From: Octopus sinensis
Taxonomy: Eukaryota
Direction of reading: 5' to 3'
DNA: 64,000 bases
Assembly (NCBI RefSeq): GCF_006345805.1
Contig: NC_042999.1
Coordinates: 171,740,001-171,804,000, forward strand
The notes under the pieces are model-generated. The model did no database searches, had not been told where the DNA came from, and worked only from the letters and a program-made list of their open reading frames with translations. Of the stretch, positions 36,814 through 49,600 are shown piece after piece (within the stretch, counting starts at the first letter, position 1; the number at the start of each line of letters is the position of its first letter). Made by a program: the position numbers and the translations under genes.

Positions 36814-36899
36814 TATCTATAGAAAAATGTTGAAGCCATCAGAAATTTGCCCAATTTTTTAAACATTGTTTTGTATGTACTAGAGCTCTTTTTTTTCTG

Positions 36900-39150
36900 T
36901 GGAACGGGGTATATGAATCTAGACCACGTATTTTATGATGTTTGTTATGCTGTCCTTCTTTCTGAAAGGGAATTTAAGATATTTCAAGTTACGCACATCT
37001 GTGACTTTCATACCATTTTCCATGATATTTTTGCTCACGTTATTACTGTTACAGTTGATGAAAATTTATACTTATCACAATTGGTTTCTCTTCCGTATGC
37101 CACTGATACAAGCTCCACTCTGACTGTGAGTTCTAGATCTTAGTTTCCCTCAAACAGGTCGACGTTCTCACAAGAACGTAGGCTGCAAAGGACTTGTCAT
37201 TCAATTGAAATAAAATAATGTACGATGTAGGAACATGTGCATTAATTTTTCCAGCGTGTTGTCGAAAAGCTCTTTGAAATCGCAGGGCACATAGCAAACT
37301 ATCATTACTATCCTAAAGATGTTGAAAGCCAGAAGAACTATTCTGCTCCAATATTTGTACTTGTGCTTGAATGATATGGATGGGAATCCTATTACTATTG
37401 AACATACACAAATTTTTCAGTACGATACTGATATTCCTGTTTTGTGTGGATAGAAATATAATGTGTAGGAGTTGTTCCTCAATCGGCAGTCTGTTGCTGA
37501 ATATCTCTTCTATGGCTTCCATTTTTGATTGAAATTATGCTTCTGTGAAACTTTCTTTCATTCTGCATTTTATCTAAGCTAGGAGAAGAGACAGCATTAT
37601 TTAACGGAGCTAACAAGTCAGGGTTACATATTCTGAAAGTTGGTAGGGATATCGCCAAACAGAGTATGCTTGATTTCGACTATTGCTTCCCTTTACAAAT
37701 CTTTTCAGATATCGCGGTTAATCTTTTGATGATTTCTGCTTATCCAAGTTTCAGCAGCTGAGCTATAATTCCCTCTATTCTAGATGATATCCCTTATTTG
37801 AGCATGCACAATTCCTCTTCGACATCGTGACAGCCTGTTTGAAGATTTATCAAAGTCTTTGTGGTTATTTGTAATTTTCCTTGGGCTGATGGTGTATAAT
37901 TGAGCTCTAATTGCAGATTTTCTATCAATAATCCGTTGTCACTTCCTATAAGACCAGTCCTGTCTATGAGTGAAGAAATATGTTACTTCGATAAGGCGGC
38001 GAGCTGGCAGAAACTTTAGCACGCCGGGCGAAATACATAGCCGTATTTCGTCTGCCGTTACGTTCTGAGTTCAAATTCCGCCGAGGTCGATTTTACCTTT
38101 CATCCTTTCGGGGTCGATTAAATAAGTACCAGTTATGCACTGGGGTCTATATAATCGACTTAATCCATTTGTCTGTCCTTGTTTGTCCTCTCTGTGTTTA
38201 GCCTCTTGTGTGTAGTAAAGAAATAGGTATATGTTACTTCGCTTTTGTTAAAATTTTAAATTCTGCAAATGAGCCTATTTTGTTACTCAGAATTATCTCA
38301 TTGGTATCATATCTACTTCACTGTGTGTTCCTTGATTTTCATCTTGATCATCTTATTTCAAGCTGAGTCTTTCAGGATCTGCTAATTAGATCTTCTTTAG
38401 GTCCAACTGAGTAACATATGACTCACAGATGCCATTGGTGACACATGCTTAATTTTTAATTATTCAATTCCTCTCCCTAGCTGATTTGTCAAGTCTCCTA
38501 GCTAGTTGATTGTTACAAAATGTTCTCTGTTTTAGTCTCAGGTAGAACAGCCACCACTAGATCTCTCAATTTATCGAGGTAAATATTGTTCCTAATGTTC
38601 AGTGCATATAGATAATTTTCTATTTTGAAATCCTCAGTACAATATCGGGATATGTGATCCAGATTAGTTTCTGATTATGAACTTATTGAAATGTGACGTG
38701 AACTTTTGAGATACGAGAATGAAACCAATATGTAAAGGAGTTTCGCAAGCGAATGCTTTCTACGTTGTTCTCCGGGATGCTTTGAGCTGGAACTGAAAAC
38801 TATGTTAATTTAGTGATGGTTTTCAAATTATAATATAATATTAGTAGTCAGCATTCACTTTTTCTTCAATCTCAAGCCAGTCCATGCTCTCGACCCAAGT
38901 TATTTTATCTATTCTGTTTATTTTGGAATTCCAGTTTACCAAACGCGATGACAATGATTTTGCAGCTACTTCATCGTTATATCCAACCGATGGTGAATTG
39001 ATTTGGATTATGATCAATTTCTGACAATGAGTTCCTTAGTACACTAACTTTATACTTTCATATCGATAGTCTGACAACGGCTTCACTTGCTCCGCTATCA
39101 ATGGTTTAAGCCTGGTTACAATTGTCTCCCTTGCCGCCCATTTCCCCAAC
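36900..39150 (-). mobile_element. Degraded RTE-clade LINE ORF (APE endonuclease + RT) interrupted by a SINE
   Basis: LIIIQINSPSVGYNDE (cf. ITIIQVYAPT), IIAQLLKLG.AEIIKRLTAISEKI, IEEIFSNRLPIEEQ, SGACISGIRK, VTDVRNLKYL; many stops. Confidence 0.65.
37991..38228 (+). mobile_element. Full-length tRNA-derived Meta-type SINE (238 bp) with a perfect 13-bp TSD
   Basis: A-box-like TGGCAGAAAC, B box GTTCAAATTCC, core CCTTTCATCCTTTCGGGGTCGAT..AAGTACCAG; TSD ATATGTTACTTCG at 37978-37990 and 38229-38241. Confidence 0.95.
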
Positions 39151-39806
39151 TACCTCCTTCCTTCCGATCAATTTAACGTGCACAGACGTTAATTCAGACA
39201 GGTTCTTTTCTCCTCCGTTCCTTTTTCTCTAGATTTATCTATTTTCTTTCCTTATTCCTTTCTGTAGAACAGCGTAGGCTCTAGAATTCGGAAATTATTT
39301 TACTTTACGTCAGTGTTAAATTAATACATTGTATATGTGATATTCTCAAGTTGACTCTGACTTCTGTTATTTGCTTTTTGTATAATCCGGAACCATATAC
39401 ATACATACATACATACATACATACATACATACATACATACATACATACGTACGTACATACGTATGTATGTATGTATAAAGTTAATCCAAACATGAAAACA
39501 CAAAGAGAAAACACAACAACGCGAGGATGTGGAACAAGTATAGTGTTATTGGACGCTCAGGAAAGGAAAGAAAGAAGGAGGATTTAACGTTTCGAGCGGA
39601 GAAACATAGGAAAAGGAAAAATCCAAGGAAGGGAAGACGGAGGAAAAAAAATTCGCCAACGATGCACACGCGGTATTATATTGAATGCATAGAGATGTAT
39701 ATATATACATATATATATATGTATGTATGTATGTATATATATTGATAAAAATGTTAAGACAACAAAAGAAAGAAAGAGACCTCAATATTATGTAAATAGA
39801 GAAATT

Positions 39807-39992
39807 TATCTCTAAATGTAATATGAGACAATTATTTGGTAGCTGTGATAAAGCTCCGAGTTTCGGATGCATAGCATTTTTCCGATGGCCGGATAACTGA
39901 AGAGATGGCGGCGTGGATTTCCACCTCGGCATCGGAAACTCGGAGTTTTATCATGGCTACCGAATATTTGTCTCATATTACATTTACAGATA
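39807..39992. mobile_element. MITE-like element (~186 bp) with 64-bp imperfect TIRs, adjacent to (TA)n
   Basis: 39807-39870 vs reverse complement of 39929-39992 (about 7 mismatches by eye). Confidence 0.8.
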
Positions 39993-40228
39993 TATATATA
40001 TATACGAGGGAGTGGACAAAGGAATGAATGGGGAATCAATCTAGTGTGAGTTACATTTTATTTGAAACAGCTTCTTTCGACTCCATACTACTTATTATTT
40101 TCCACGCAGGTCATACGAACATAAATATTCTGACACTTGTTTTCTAGGCCTGGTGAACTACATTCTTGTGACGAGCCTTCAAAATGTTAAGTGAAAGCCC
40201 GTGATAAATTTAAGACTACTACTACTAT

Positions 40229-40260
<32 letters not shown>

Positions 40261-40279
40261 ACTACTACTACTACTTGTT

Positions 40280-40410
40280 AATTAAACGTGAATACAAAAG
40301 AAGACATGTAGCCAGACATGTCCACCTGCTGTTGTGCATTGAACAAACCTCGAGAGAGCCGAACAATGGTATGAACACGAGCCAGAGGGAGTAATGGAAA
40401 ATGAAGAATC
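40280..40410 (+). mobile_element. Short R4/Dong fragment after (TAC)n
   Basis: REYKRRHVARHVH..WYEHEPEGVMENE (cf. EYKRRHDxVARxVHW..WYEHxPExVxENE). Confidence 0.7.
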
Positions 40411-41129
40411 TAGTTTTTTCATTTGCAAAATATGCATTTTTTAAAAGACAGTGAACATCTGAAAATCAGCTATAATAATATAGTTTTTCAGTTTAATTGC
40501 TATGAAGGTATGATGTTTTGGAGAAAAAAACGCGAGGTAAAAGTTGCAGGGGTTTAGAAATGAAAAAAAAACTGTGTATTTTTATCCAATAGCGAAAGAG
40601 AAATCTTCTGCGTTTAGGGGAGTGGTGTCAACTTTAAGATTGTATCCTGTGAAATTTATAGTTTAGCGCCTGTGAAATGACCTCTTCATTGCCGGTTTCT
40701 AGATAAACAGAAATACCTAATAAAATGAACACGTATCATCTCACTGTTTTTGTCTCTTCATTGTTCGTGTCTTTATTATTAAAAAAAATTGTTATATTAA
40801 TATATTTGTGTGCATGTGTTTATTTTATGCGTATTTCACTATTATGTTGGACTATCATGTATTTGTGTACATCATTAGTATATAAGTGCATGTGTGTGTG
40901 CGTGCGTGTGTATGTGTGTGTGTGTGTGTATGAAAAATGGGCGTCTATCTCCAAAACTTGAAAGTTGAGTAACGTTTACATGCTTGGATTTGTAAACTAC
41001 AATAAGAATAACACTGATCAGCAAAGAATTTGTCCCAAGGAAAAGAATTCCAGTATCTTATATGTTTTTGCATGCAGAACCCAAAATTAATGTCATATTA
41101 CTTGTACTAAGTTCACACATTCCATTCAC

Positions 41130-41560
41130 CTTCCTAAGGGTAAGGGCTATACTAAAGACAGAGCTGAACACAAGAAACAGGGTTGAAGCCATCAATACTT
41201 TAGCCATACCGGTCGTGACTTACAATTTTAATATCATTTCTGACTTCCAGACAGAAAAGGTGTTAGAGCACCGAAAGCTGGATATAGTAGCTTTTAAGGG
41301 GTACAATTAAGAGTGACTAATAATTGATGTCACAGTGCCAGATCAACAAGATGTATGAAAGAGAGAGCATACGTCGTCAAATAGGGAGATCTGAAAACTG
41401 AGATCACCGAGTTGTGGAAGCTCCGAAAATCAAACACAATAATTGTTCTTGTTATCATCGGAGTATTGGATTCAATACCACTCAACCTAAATAAACATCT
41501 GGACACTTTAGATATATTTTATCTTTATTTGGAACTGCATGCATACTGTGTAAAGTGCTC
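41130..41560 (+). mobile_element. Internally deleted R4/Dong fragment
   Basis: RVRAILKTELNTRNRVEAINTLAIPVVTYNFNII joined directly to DFQTEKVLEHRKLDIV; later ELWKLRKSNTIIVLVIIGVLDSIP. Confidence 0.8.
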
Positions 41561-41729
41561 ATTTTCTGAGATCTTTTTTGGGACTTGGCAGACAACACAA
41601 ATCCCGGCACGAACGAAATTTTCAATCTGCAACATCAGAATATTAGGTAACAAGGATGGTGATGAGAACAAAAGTGATAACAATGACTTCGAATACTGGC
41701 ATAGGGCTAGTAGTTTTTTTATGGGAAAG

Positions 41730-41895
41730 GGAAAGTCGATTACATCGAACACCACTACATTACCGGTACTTATTTTATCGGCCCTGAAAGGGATGAAAGC
41801 AAAGTCAGCGGAATTTGAATTCAGAACGTAAAAGAGCATGAAATTGCGCTAAGCGTTTTGTCTGGTATGTTAACGATTCTGCCAGATCGCTGCAT
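41730..41895 (-). mobile_element. Meta-type SINE, decayed
   Basis: AAGTCGATTACATCG..GGTACTTATTTTATCG..GGATGAAAGCAAAGTC..GAATTTGAATTCAGAACGTA is the reverse complement of the SINE. Confidence 0.85.
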
Positions 41896-41915
41896 TACCA
41901 ACAGCAACAATAATA

Positions 41916-41957
<42 letters not shown>

Positions 41958-41969
41958 CTAATGATAATA

Positions 41970-42011
<42 letters not shown>

Positions 42012-42034
42012 TAATAATAATAATAATAATAATA

Positions 42035-42095
<61 letters not shown>

Positions 42096-42140
42096 AAGAA
42101 GAAGCAGAAGAGGAGGAAGAAGAAGAAAAAGAAGAAGAAT
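41896..42140. repeat. Compound (AAC)(GAT)n(AAT)n(GAA)n microsatellite
   Basis: Direct reading. Confidence 0.95.
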
Positions 42141-42345
42141 AAGAATCCCTTCTACTCTAGGCAAAAGGCCTGAAATTTTGCGTGAGGAATGTTAGTCGAT
42201 TAAATTGGCCCTAGTGTCTAAATGGCACGTATCTCAGGGACCCACAACTGATGAAAAGCAAAGTAAATTTCAGTGGAATATGAAATCAGAACGTAAAGAG
42301 GAACGAAATGCCAACAAGTATTTTGCTAGTGACTTTGCCAACTGT
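42141..42345 (-). mobile_element. Meta-type SINE variant, decayed
   Basis: TTAGTCGATTA..GATGAAAAGCAAAG..GAAATCAGAACGTAAAG, same layout as 41730-41895. Confidence 0.75.
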
Positions 42346-42719
42346 TCGCAATTGTATGTAAATATGCATGTATTACTATTATTTAGCAAGAGGGTTAAAA
42401 TATATTTCGTAAAATGAACTGAGTAGTTAAATTTATGTTAATCCAGTATCCGCCTCGGAAAACGCATCTTCTGGCATGTTGATGGATAAACAGACCGGAA
42501 CAGCTCGTAATTAACAACTTTGCGTTTGCATAATGGATTTTATTTACTCTGTTATCCAGTATTGAATATCAATAAATCCCAATTAAATCGGATACGTTGT
42601 ATCTCATGCGCACGCTGTAAACGGTTAATCTGAATGAACTGAACTGCCGAATAAGGATAGAAAGACGCCTGGCAAGAATATATATGTAGCTAAGTACCCA
42701 TACAAGTACACGAACATAC

Positions 42720-42782
42720 ACACATCCATCTCTCTCTCCTTCTCTCTCTCTTTCTATCTATCTATCTATCTATCTGTCATCA

Positions 42783-42816
<34 letters not shown>

Positions 42817-42841
42817 ATATATATATATATTATATATATAT

Positions 42842-42905
<64 letters not shown>
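42720..42905. repeat. (CT)n(ATCT)n(TA)n microsatellite
   Basis: Direct reading. Confidence 0.95.
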
Positions 42906-42908
<3 letters not shown>

Positions 42909-44810
42909 TTAAATCCTTAAATCCTTAAAAATGTTTTAGCCCGAAGGCCGCGGCCATGCTGGGGCACCACCGCTGAATGAGCCACACTAGTTTGTGAATC
43001 CACCTCTGATACGTGGCACTTGATCAACAAGGGAGTTCGATGCTGCTGCCCGCATCCGCGTCTCCTGTCGTGAGGTAGGTTCATCTGGGACTTCCAACAA
43101 GAAGAGATCCAGTTTAGTTTTAAAGAAACCCACATCCACACCATGTAAGTCTCTCAGGCATTTAGGGAGGATGTTGAAAAGCTGTGGTCCTCTGAAACCC
43201 AAGCTGTTGCAGTATCTGGACCTGTATTTTGATGGTGATGTTGGAATCCTTGGCACCACGCAGCGGCGCCCCGTTCTGCGGTTGGAGTAACTTTGAATGC
43301 CAAAGTTTGGGATAAGACCCTCCAGGATTTTCCAGATGTATATTACTGCATATCTCTCCCGCCTCCGCTCCAGGGAGAAGAGGTTTAATACCTTCAGTCT
43401 TTCCCAGTAGCTGACATTTTGCATTGAGACGATTTTCTTTGTGTAGCTTCTCTGAGTTGCTTCGAGTTCTGCTGTTTGTTTTATATTGTGTGGTGACCAA
43501 AGTTGGGAGCAGTAGTCCAAGCGGCTGAGGACAAATGTTTTCCATAGGACCATCAGTGTCTCCTTCTCTCTTGTTCTGAAAGTTCGGAGAATCCATCCAG
43601 CTAGCCGTCTGCATTTTATCACCAGATTAGCAATATGCATTTGGAAAGATGCATCATTGCTCATGTCAATGCCCAGGTCACGCACTGATTTTGACTCAGG
43701 GATTGCAATTCTTCCTGGGCCAGTGTATCCAGTCTTCACGTCATTTACCTTTGTGTGCCAGTAGCGCAGGGCCTGGAACTTACCTGCATTAAACTGCATG
43801 TTGTTGTCCTCAGCCCACCTGTATATTGTGTCCAGCTCATGTTGCAGATGCGCAATATTTTCAGGTTCTGTATTGCGTGGGAGACCTTTGTGTCATCTGC
43901 ATAGCTAGCAAGGGTGGTCATCGTAGCAACTGAAGGCATGTCTGAAAGGGCCACTATGAACATCAGTGGCCCCAAGACAGTGCCCTGTGGGACACCGCTT
44001 GTTATTTGCGTTTCCCTGGAGGTGGCTCCATTGCTCACAACTGCCTGTTTTCTGTCTTTTAGGAAGTTGTGCAGCCACTCTCCAAGTTTCCCGCCTATGC
44101 CGAGACCACGCAGTTTATGACAGATCATACCATGGTCGACTTTATCAAAGGCTTTTGCAAGTCAAGATATATTACATCCACATTTGAGCCATTTAGTAGC
44201 TGTTTCAACACCCAGTCATAGTGCTGCAGGAGCTGTGTTAGGCAGCCTCTACCTGGTCGAAATCCATGCTGGGTGTCAGACAGTAAGTCATTTTCTTCAA
44301 GGAACATGATTAGTTTCTTACGGACTATTCGTTCCATGACTTTGCTGATGTGTGAGGTCAGAGAGATAGGCCTATAATTTTTAGCATCTGCTCTGCTACC
44401 TCACTTATGGATAGGGCATATTACCCCCTCTTTCAGTTTGACTGGGAGCTTACCACTTGCAAGAAAGCTCTGAAAAAGAAGCTGTAGCGGTTTTGCAAGG
44501 GCTCGTTTGCACGATTTGAGAAGGATCGCTGGGAATCCATCAGGTCCAGCAGCTGAGTTTGTGTCAATCTCATCAATGGCTAGTGTGATATCATCTTCTT
44601 CGATGTTGATGTACTCAATTTTTGTCTCTTTGGCCGCTGGTAAAGTGGCAAAGAATTCTTCTGGGTTGTTTACTTGCCTGTGTCCTAGAGGTGTAGTTTC
44701 AGTATTTCACTTATCCTCGTGGGATTTCCTGTGAGAGAGCCATCTTTTTGGAAGAGAGGTCCTATTCTCTGGTGCACTGTGGCTGTCTCTTTGGCAAACT
44801 TAAAGAAAGC
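42906..44810 (-). mobile_element. 5'-truncated CR1/L2-group LINE (RT domain and C-terminus), inserted in (TA)n
   Basis: ORFs 44125-44337 (QHGFRPGRGCLTQLL), 43745-44128 (SGVPQGTVLGPLMF..YADDTK) and 42987-43799 (FNAGKF..RDLGI..LDYCSQLWSPH..LERRRER); short 3' UTR with (TTTAAGGA)3 tail; (TA)n on both sides. Confidence 0.95.
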
Positions 44811-44904
44811 TTTACATATATATACATATATATATGTATATATTATATATATATGTATATGTGTATACACACACACACACACACCACATATATATATATA
44901 TATT

Positions 44905-44937
<33 letters not shown>

Positions 44938-45254
44938 GTACATATATATAGGGTGTAAATATATAATTGTCTCTCATCTGCTTCTATATAATTATTTAAA
45001 GTAAATAATTTTAACGGTACTGTTTTGCATCTTCTTCATTACATGGCTGCATCAATGACAATTATTGTTGGTGAATTTTTTGTTGTATGTAGATTTATAT
45101 TTCACAAATAACTTTCCTTGGGGAAATAGTTAGGAAACAATTTTCAATAATTAAGAACATAAATGAATTTACGACCTTCATAAAAATAGAATAACCTGCG
45201 GTAATATTATCTTCATTTTATTCTGTTACATATTGTGTTTATTAAATTGCTTCC

Positions 45255-45530
<276 letters not shown>

Positions 45531-45976
45531 ATGTATACATATATCAGCATTTAAATGTGCGTATATGGGTGATTGTGTGTGCGTCTGTATGTGTGTATGT
45601 GTGAGGTATTATAATGAACTTCAATTAAATGTTTAGAATGATTGCAGGAAACGTAAAATAATTATTTTTGAAGATGCGCAGAGAATAAACACCTCCTGTT
45701 GTTTTGATTTTAAATATTTTCTCTGCTTCTAGAGAATGAATTGAATTATATTAAGTTGAAACACTCACATACACACACTTGCATCCACAAGCAAACGCAC
45801 GGACTCAAACTCATATCTATGTATGTGTGTGCATGTGAATGTGTTTGTATATAATATTTACGCATGTGTGTGTGGTTCTTTGCAGATATAAACGTACACT
45901 GCCACGGACACACACATGTACATAATCATATGTACATACATGATAAATGTACACGCATATACACACATACATATTC

Positions 45977-46027
<51 letters not shown>

Positions 46028-46281
46028 TGTGTGAGTGTGTGTATAAACAGTCGTTTGGTTGATTTTTAGTATAAGTTTGCAGCTAAATTTTATTGGCTGA
46101 ATCATAAATATCTTCATATTTCTTTTAAATAAAATTCCAATTATTCACAAAAAATTATTATCATTTTTATAATTAAAGCATTTTTGCAGCAATCCACAAA
46201 CGGTAGCCTTTTCTCCTGAAGGATACACATGTATGTACACCACACGTGTGTACACACACACACACACACATACACACACAC

Positions 46282-46318
<37 letters not shown>

Positions 46319-46328
46319 TCATCATCAG

Positions 46329-46361
<33 letters not shown>

Positions 46362-46639
46362 TATTATTATTATTACTGTTGCTGTCAGTTGAGAAAGCCA
46401 CGCTTGACCTCGGCTACGTATTTTTTTCCACGGAGAATACGGGATACGTCTTCTGCTCATTTTCTTGAGGGACATATCCAATTTATTCCATTCCTTAGTC
46501 CACTTGGAAAAATTTCGAATTTTGCTCAATTGCAGCAATAAATAGTTTCGAGGGAGTTTCAGTAATCGATGAGAGAGAAGGATATGGTAGAGTGTCTTGC
46601 TACAATGAGAGAGGGTGACATCTTTTCGCCTGTTGGCCT

Positions 46640-49600
46640 GACAACTAGACAAGCAAGCAGGCAACACAACAACAACAACTCCGATACCACCGCCAGCATC
46701 ACCGCTACCACTACCACTGCGAACAATAACAAACAAAAAAGCTGTAGCAGAAATAACGGCAACAGCAGCAGCAGCTGCAACAGCAACACCATTAAAGCTT
46801 TGACAGGAGAGTTAAATAAGGAGTACAACTACGATATAAATGATTTATCTCCGTTAGCTAGTATTTTGGCTACTTCGGTCAACGATATGAGCATCACTAG
46901 AAACAATAGCGTTGCTTTTGTTCCCATTAACACCAACAACGAGAGGAACGACACCAGCTGCAAAAACGATATGATCAACATCAAGGATTCATTAACGATA
47001 AAAACAATTCCTTTGCAGGAGTAACTAAATTACAGGCGCAAAACTCCCTGGAAGGAAAACATGCGTACCTGAGTGAAGCAGAAAAACTCCTCAGTAGAGA
47101 AGATAGGAAAACATGTTTGCAATTCCTTCAGATTTGATGGAAAAGATGACCGGAAGGACCATCGTATACAAATGTGTGTCGCTTATGACGAGAAAAATCT
47201 TCAATGCGCCACACATCCAAGTAGAAAAATGCACGAAGGGTATTTGGACTGATATTGATTTCATCACGCGAGGCATACAATACGGTTTTGTGGAAGGGAG
47301 GTTCCTCGCAGAGTCACTGGTCTCAAAGCAGTCAGTGTTCCAGTGTAAACACGAAGATCTTCTTCTTCCCACATGCCTTGGACGGACTGCATGAGGTGAA
47401 ATTTAAAATATCGGATATGCCACCAGAATTAAATATTTGGTCAATGGTTGCGTGCGCTTTGGTCGAAGCTCTGGATTCGCTTCCAGAAATTAACAATATA
47501 TCGGAAGGAGAATTGATCTGGAATGGGGTTGGAATTTTCGATCCAGGTAAAACCGGAATCGCTGGACAAGGTCCTCGACCTTCTCTATTTACCCAACGTA
47601 GCACAACTCCAAGTTGTGGTGGAAGGCAAAAAAAATAAGGTGCTACACTTGTGGGTCTAACGTCCATTTGAAGGTCGGTTACCCACAAAATCAAAAAAGT
47701 GGACCTCGAGAAACGGCCGCTCTGCGACCGCTACCACCACAGGAAGGCCAAAAACTGCGGCAACAGTCAATGCAGCTACAGCCATTAAAGCAACATTTTA
47801 AAAAGCAGAGTCCCACCACAACGACGGCACAATCTACTGTAGCAGCAGAAACAAGCAATGCTAAACCATCTCTAAAACAACATAGATACACAACATACTT
47901 CCGACACGGGCGATTCAGAAGCCTTATCATGCGACGAAGAGGAGATGAATCCCCTAAGAAGAACATATGTTGGGTAACAGCGAAAAGATAGTTCCAAATA
48001 AAGATCGTCCTAAGCTGAAAGTGAAAAGACAGGACGAGGAAAATTCACCTAATCCATCAGCTACACTACCAATACCGATACGCCCACTCAAAGTCCAACA
48101 ACAAAAGCAATACAAACTCATTCAACCTCAACCACAACTACAAAAAGCACCAAAACAGAAACAAATACACGAAGAGAAACATTTACAAGAACATCCCATA
48201 CAACTGACTACAAAACGCAAACGTTTCGTCAACTCTACAGTCGATCACAAGAGCAACAGCGAGCTGATGCAGGAAGTAAGGGAAAATAAAAACAATCCCA
48301 CCTACGGAGTAGTGCTTGGCAAATTTCTGTCGAAAACTCTCTATGAGAGACAGCTGATAAAAACGGACACAAACACTTAGAACTTTCAAAAAATACCCAA
48401 AGGAGATTAGGCCTTTTAGGATAAAGCCGGATAAGTGAACGTTAGCAAGGCCCTTCATTAATGATAATGCCTCAGACGAGGCAGCTGAACCAGGCGACCC
48501 TCACAAAATCAAAGGTAAGTGACCTTCTTCCATTTTGCTTCTCGCATAAACAAGGCCGTTTACAGAGTAGGGTGTGTGAATGTTCGTGGCCTGGTGTCAG
48601 CTTGGAAGCAAGGTCACTTTCTAAACGACCTCAAGTTTCTCGATTTAGATGTGGATGCAATTAGTGATATAAAGTTTTCTAATGCGCAAATATTTTCGAT
48701 AACTATGAGATATTCTCATCGTGTAGTCTGTTGGGAACCGGCTGCTTGGGGAGTAGTGCTATTCCCCAAATCCTTCAATCACGAAGTAAAGGCAGTCTTC
48801 TTGGACTCGGGAGGCAGTTTGGTGGTCCTAGATGTGAATGGTAGCGAACGTGGTGCCCTGAAACTGCCCCGACAGGAGCTGGAAGGCTAGAATTCTTCAG
48901 GTATCTAGAAACTTGTATGTGAACATCACGCAGTTTAGTAAAAGTAGGGGACTGGAATGGGATTTTGGACGCCCAGAAAGACTGTATGGGGCTGGTACAC
49001 AGAAGAAGATGCAGAAACCTCGTAAACCTACTCAGAGACTTCCAATTGTCTGATAGGTATCGATTGGATTTCACTGATGTGCCAGTATGGACATGGGGCA
49101 ACCACAATGGGACATCCAGATCGTATCTACATAGAGTATTTGTTAGGTAAGAGGATAGGGATAGTGTAGGTTGTTCACAATTTAAATTGGTCTGCTACAC
49201 GGACCACAGGTTTGGGATTAGCATGGTCGAGTTACATAGGACTAGGAGACAGGGATCCGGTTACTGGCAGTTAAATGTGTTCTTTACGACTCGCAAAGAC
49301 TGTAGGGACAGGATTAGTCAACTAGTTAAGTGGCAGTTGACGGGCGGGGTTGTAATCGTGAACAACCGGTGGTGTGCCTCCCTGGAAAGGGTGATTAGAG
49401 CAGAATCGATTGCGTTTAGCAAAGAGTTAGCAATAGAAATGAATAGATTAGAGGGTGAACTAGTTTGTAAATTACAGGAGGCAACTGGCAACAGAACGGA
49501 AGAATTCCTAGTACTGTTAGCAGAGATGTGGTTACACTGTTGAGGAAGGACGTCAACAATGGGGATCAATCAAAAACATTCGATAAGAGCGACCATCACT

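Noticed and set aside
37991-38080. tRNA gene
   Set aside because: A/B boxes are present but there is no cloverleaf; it is the head of a SINE bounded by TSDs
46569-47024. 151-aa N/S/T-rich ORF as a host gene
   Set aside because: Low-complexity CAA/CAG-rich sequence leading directly into Tx1 ORF1; more simply the element's 5' region
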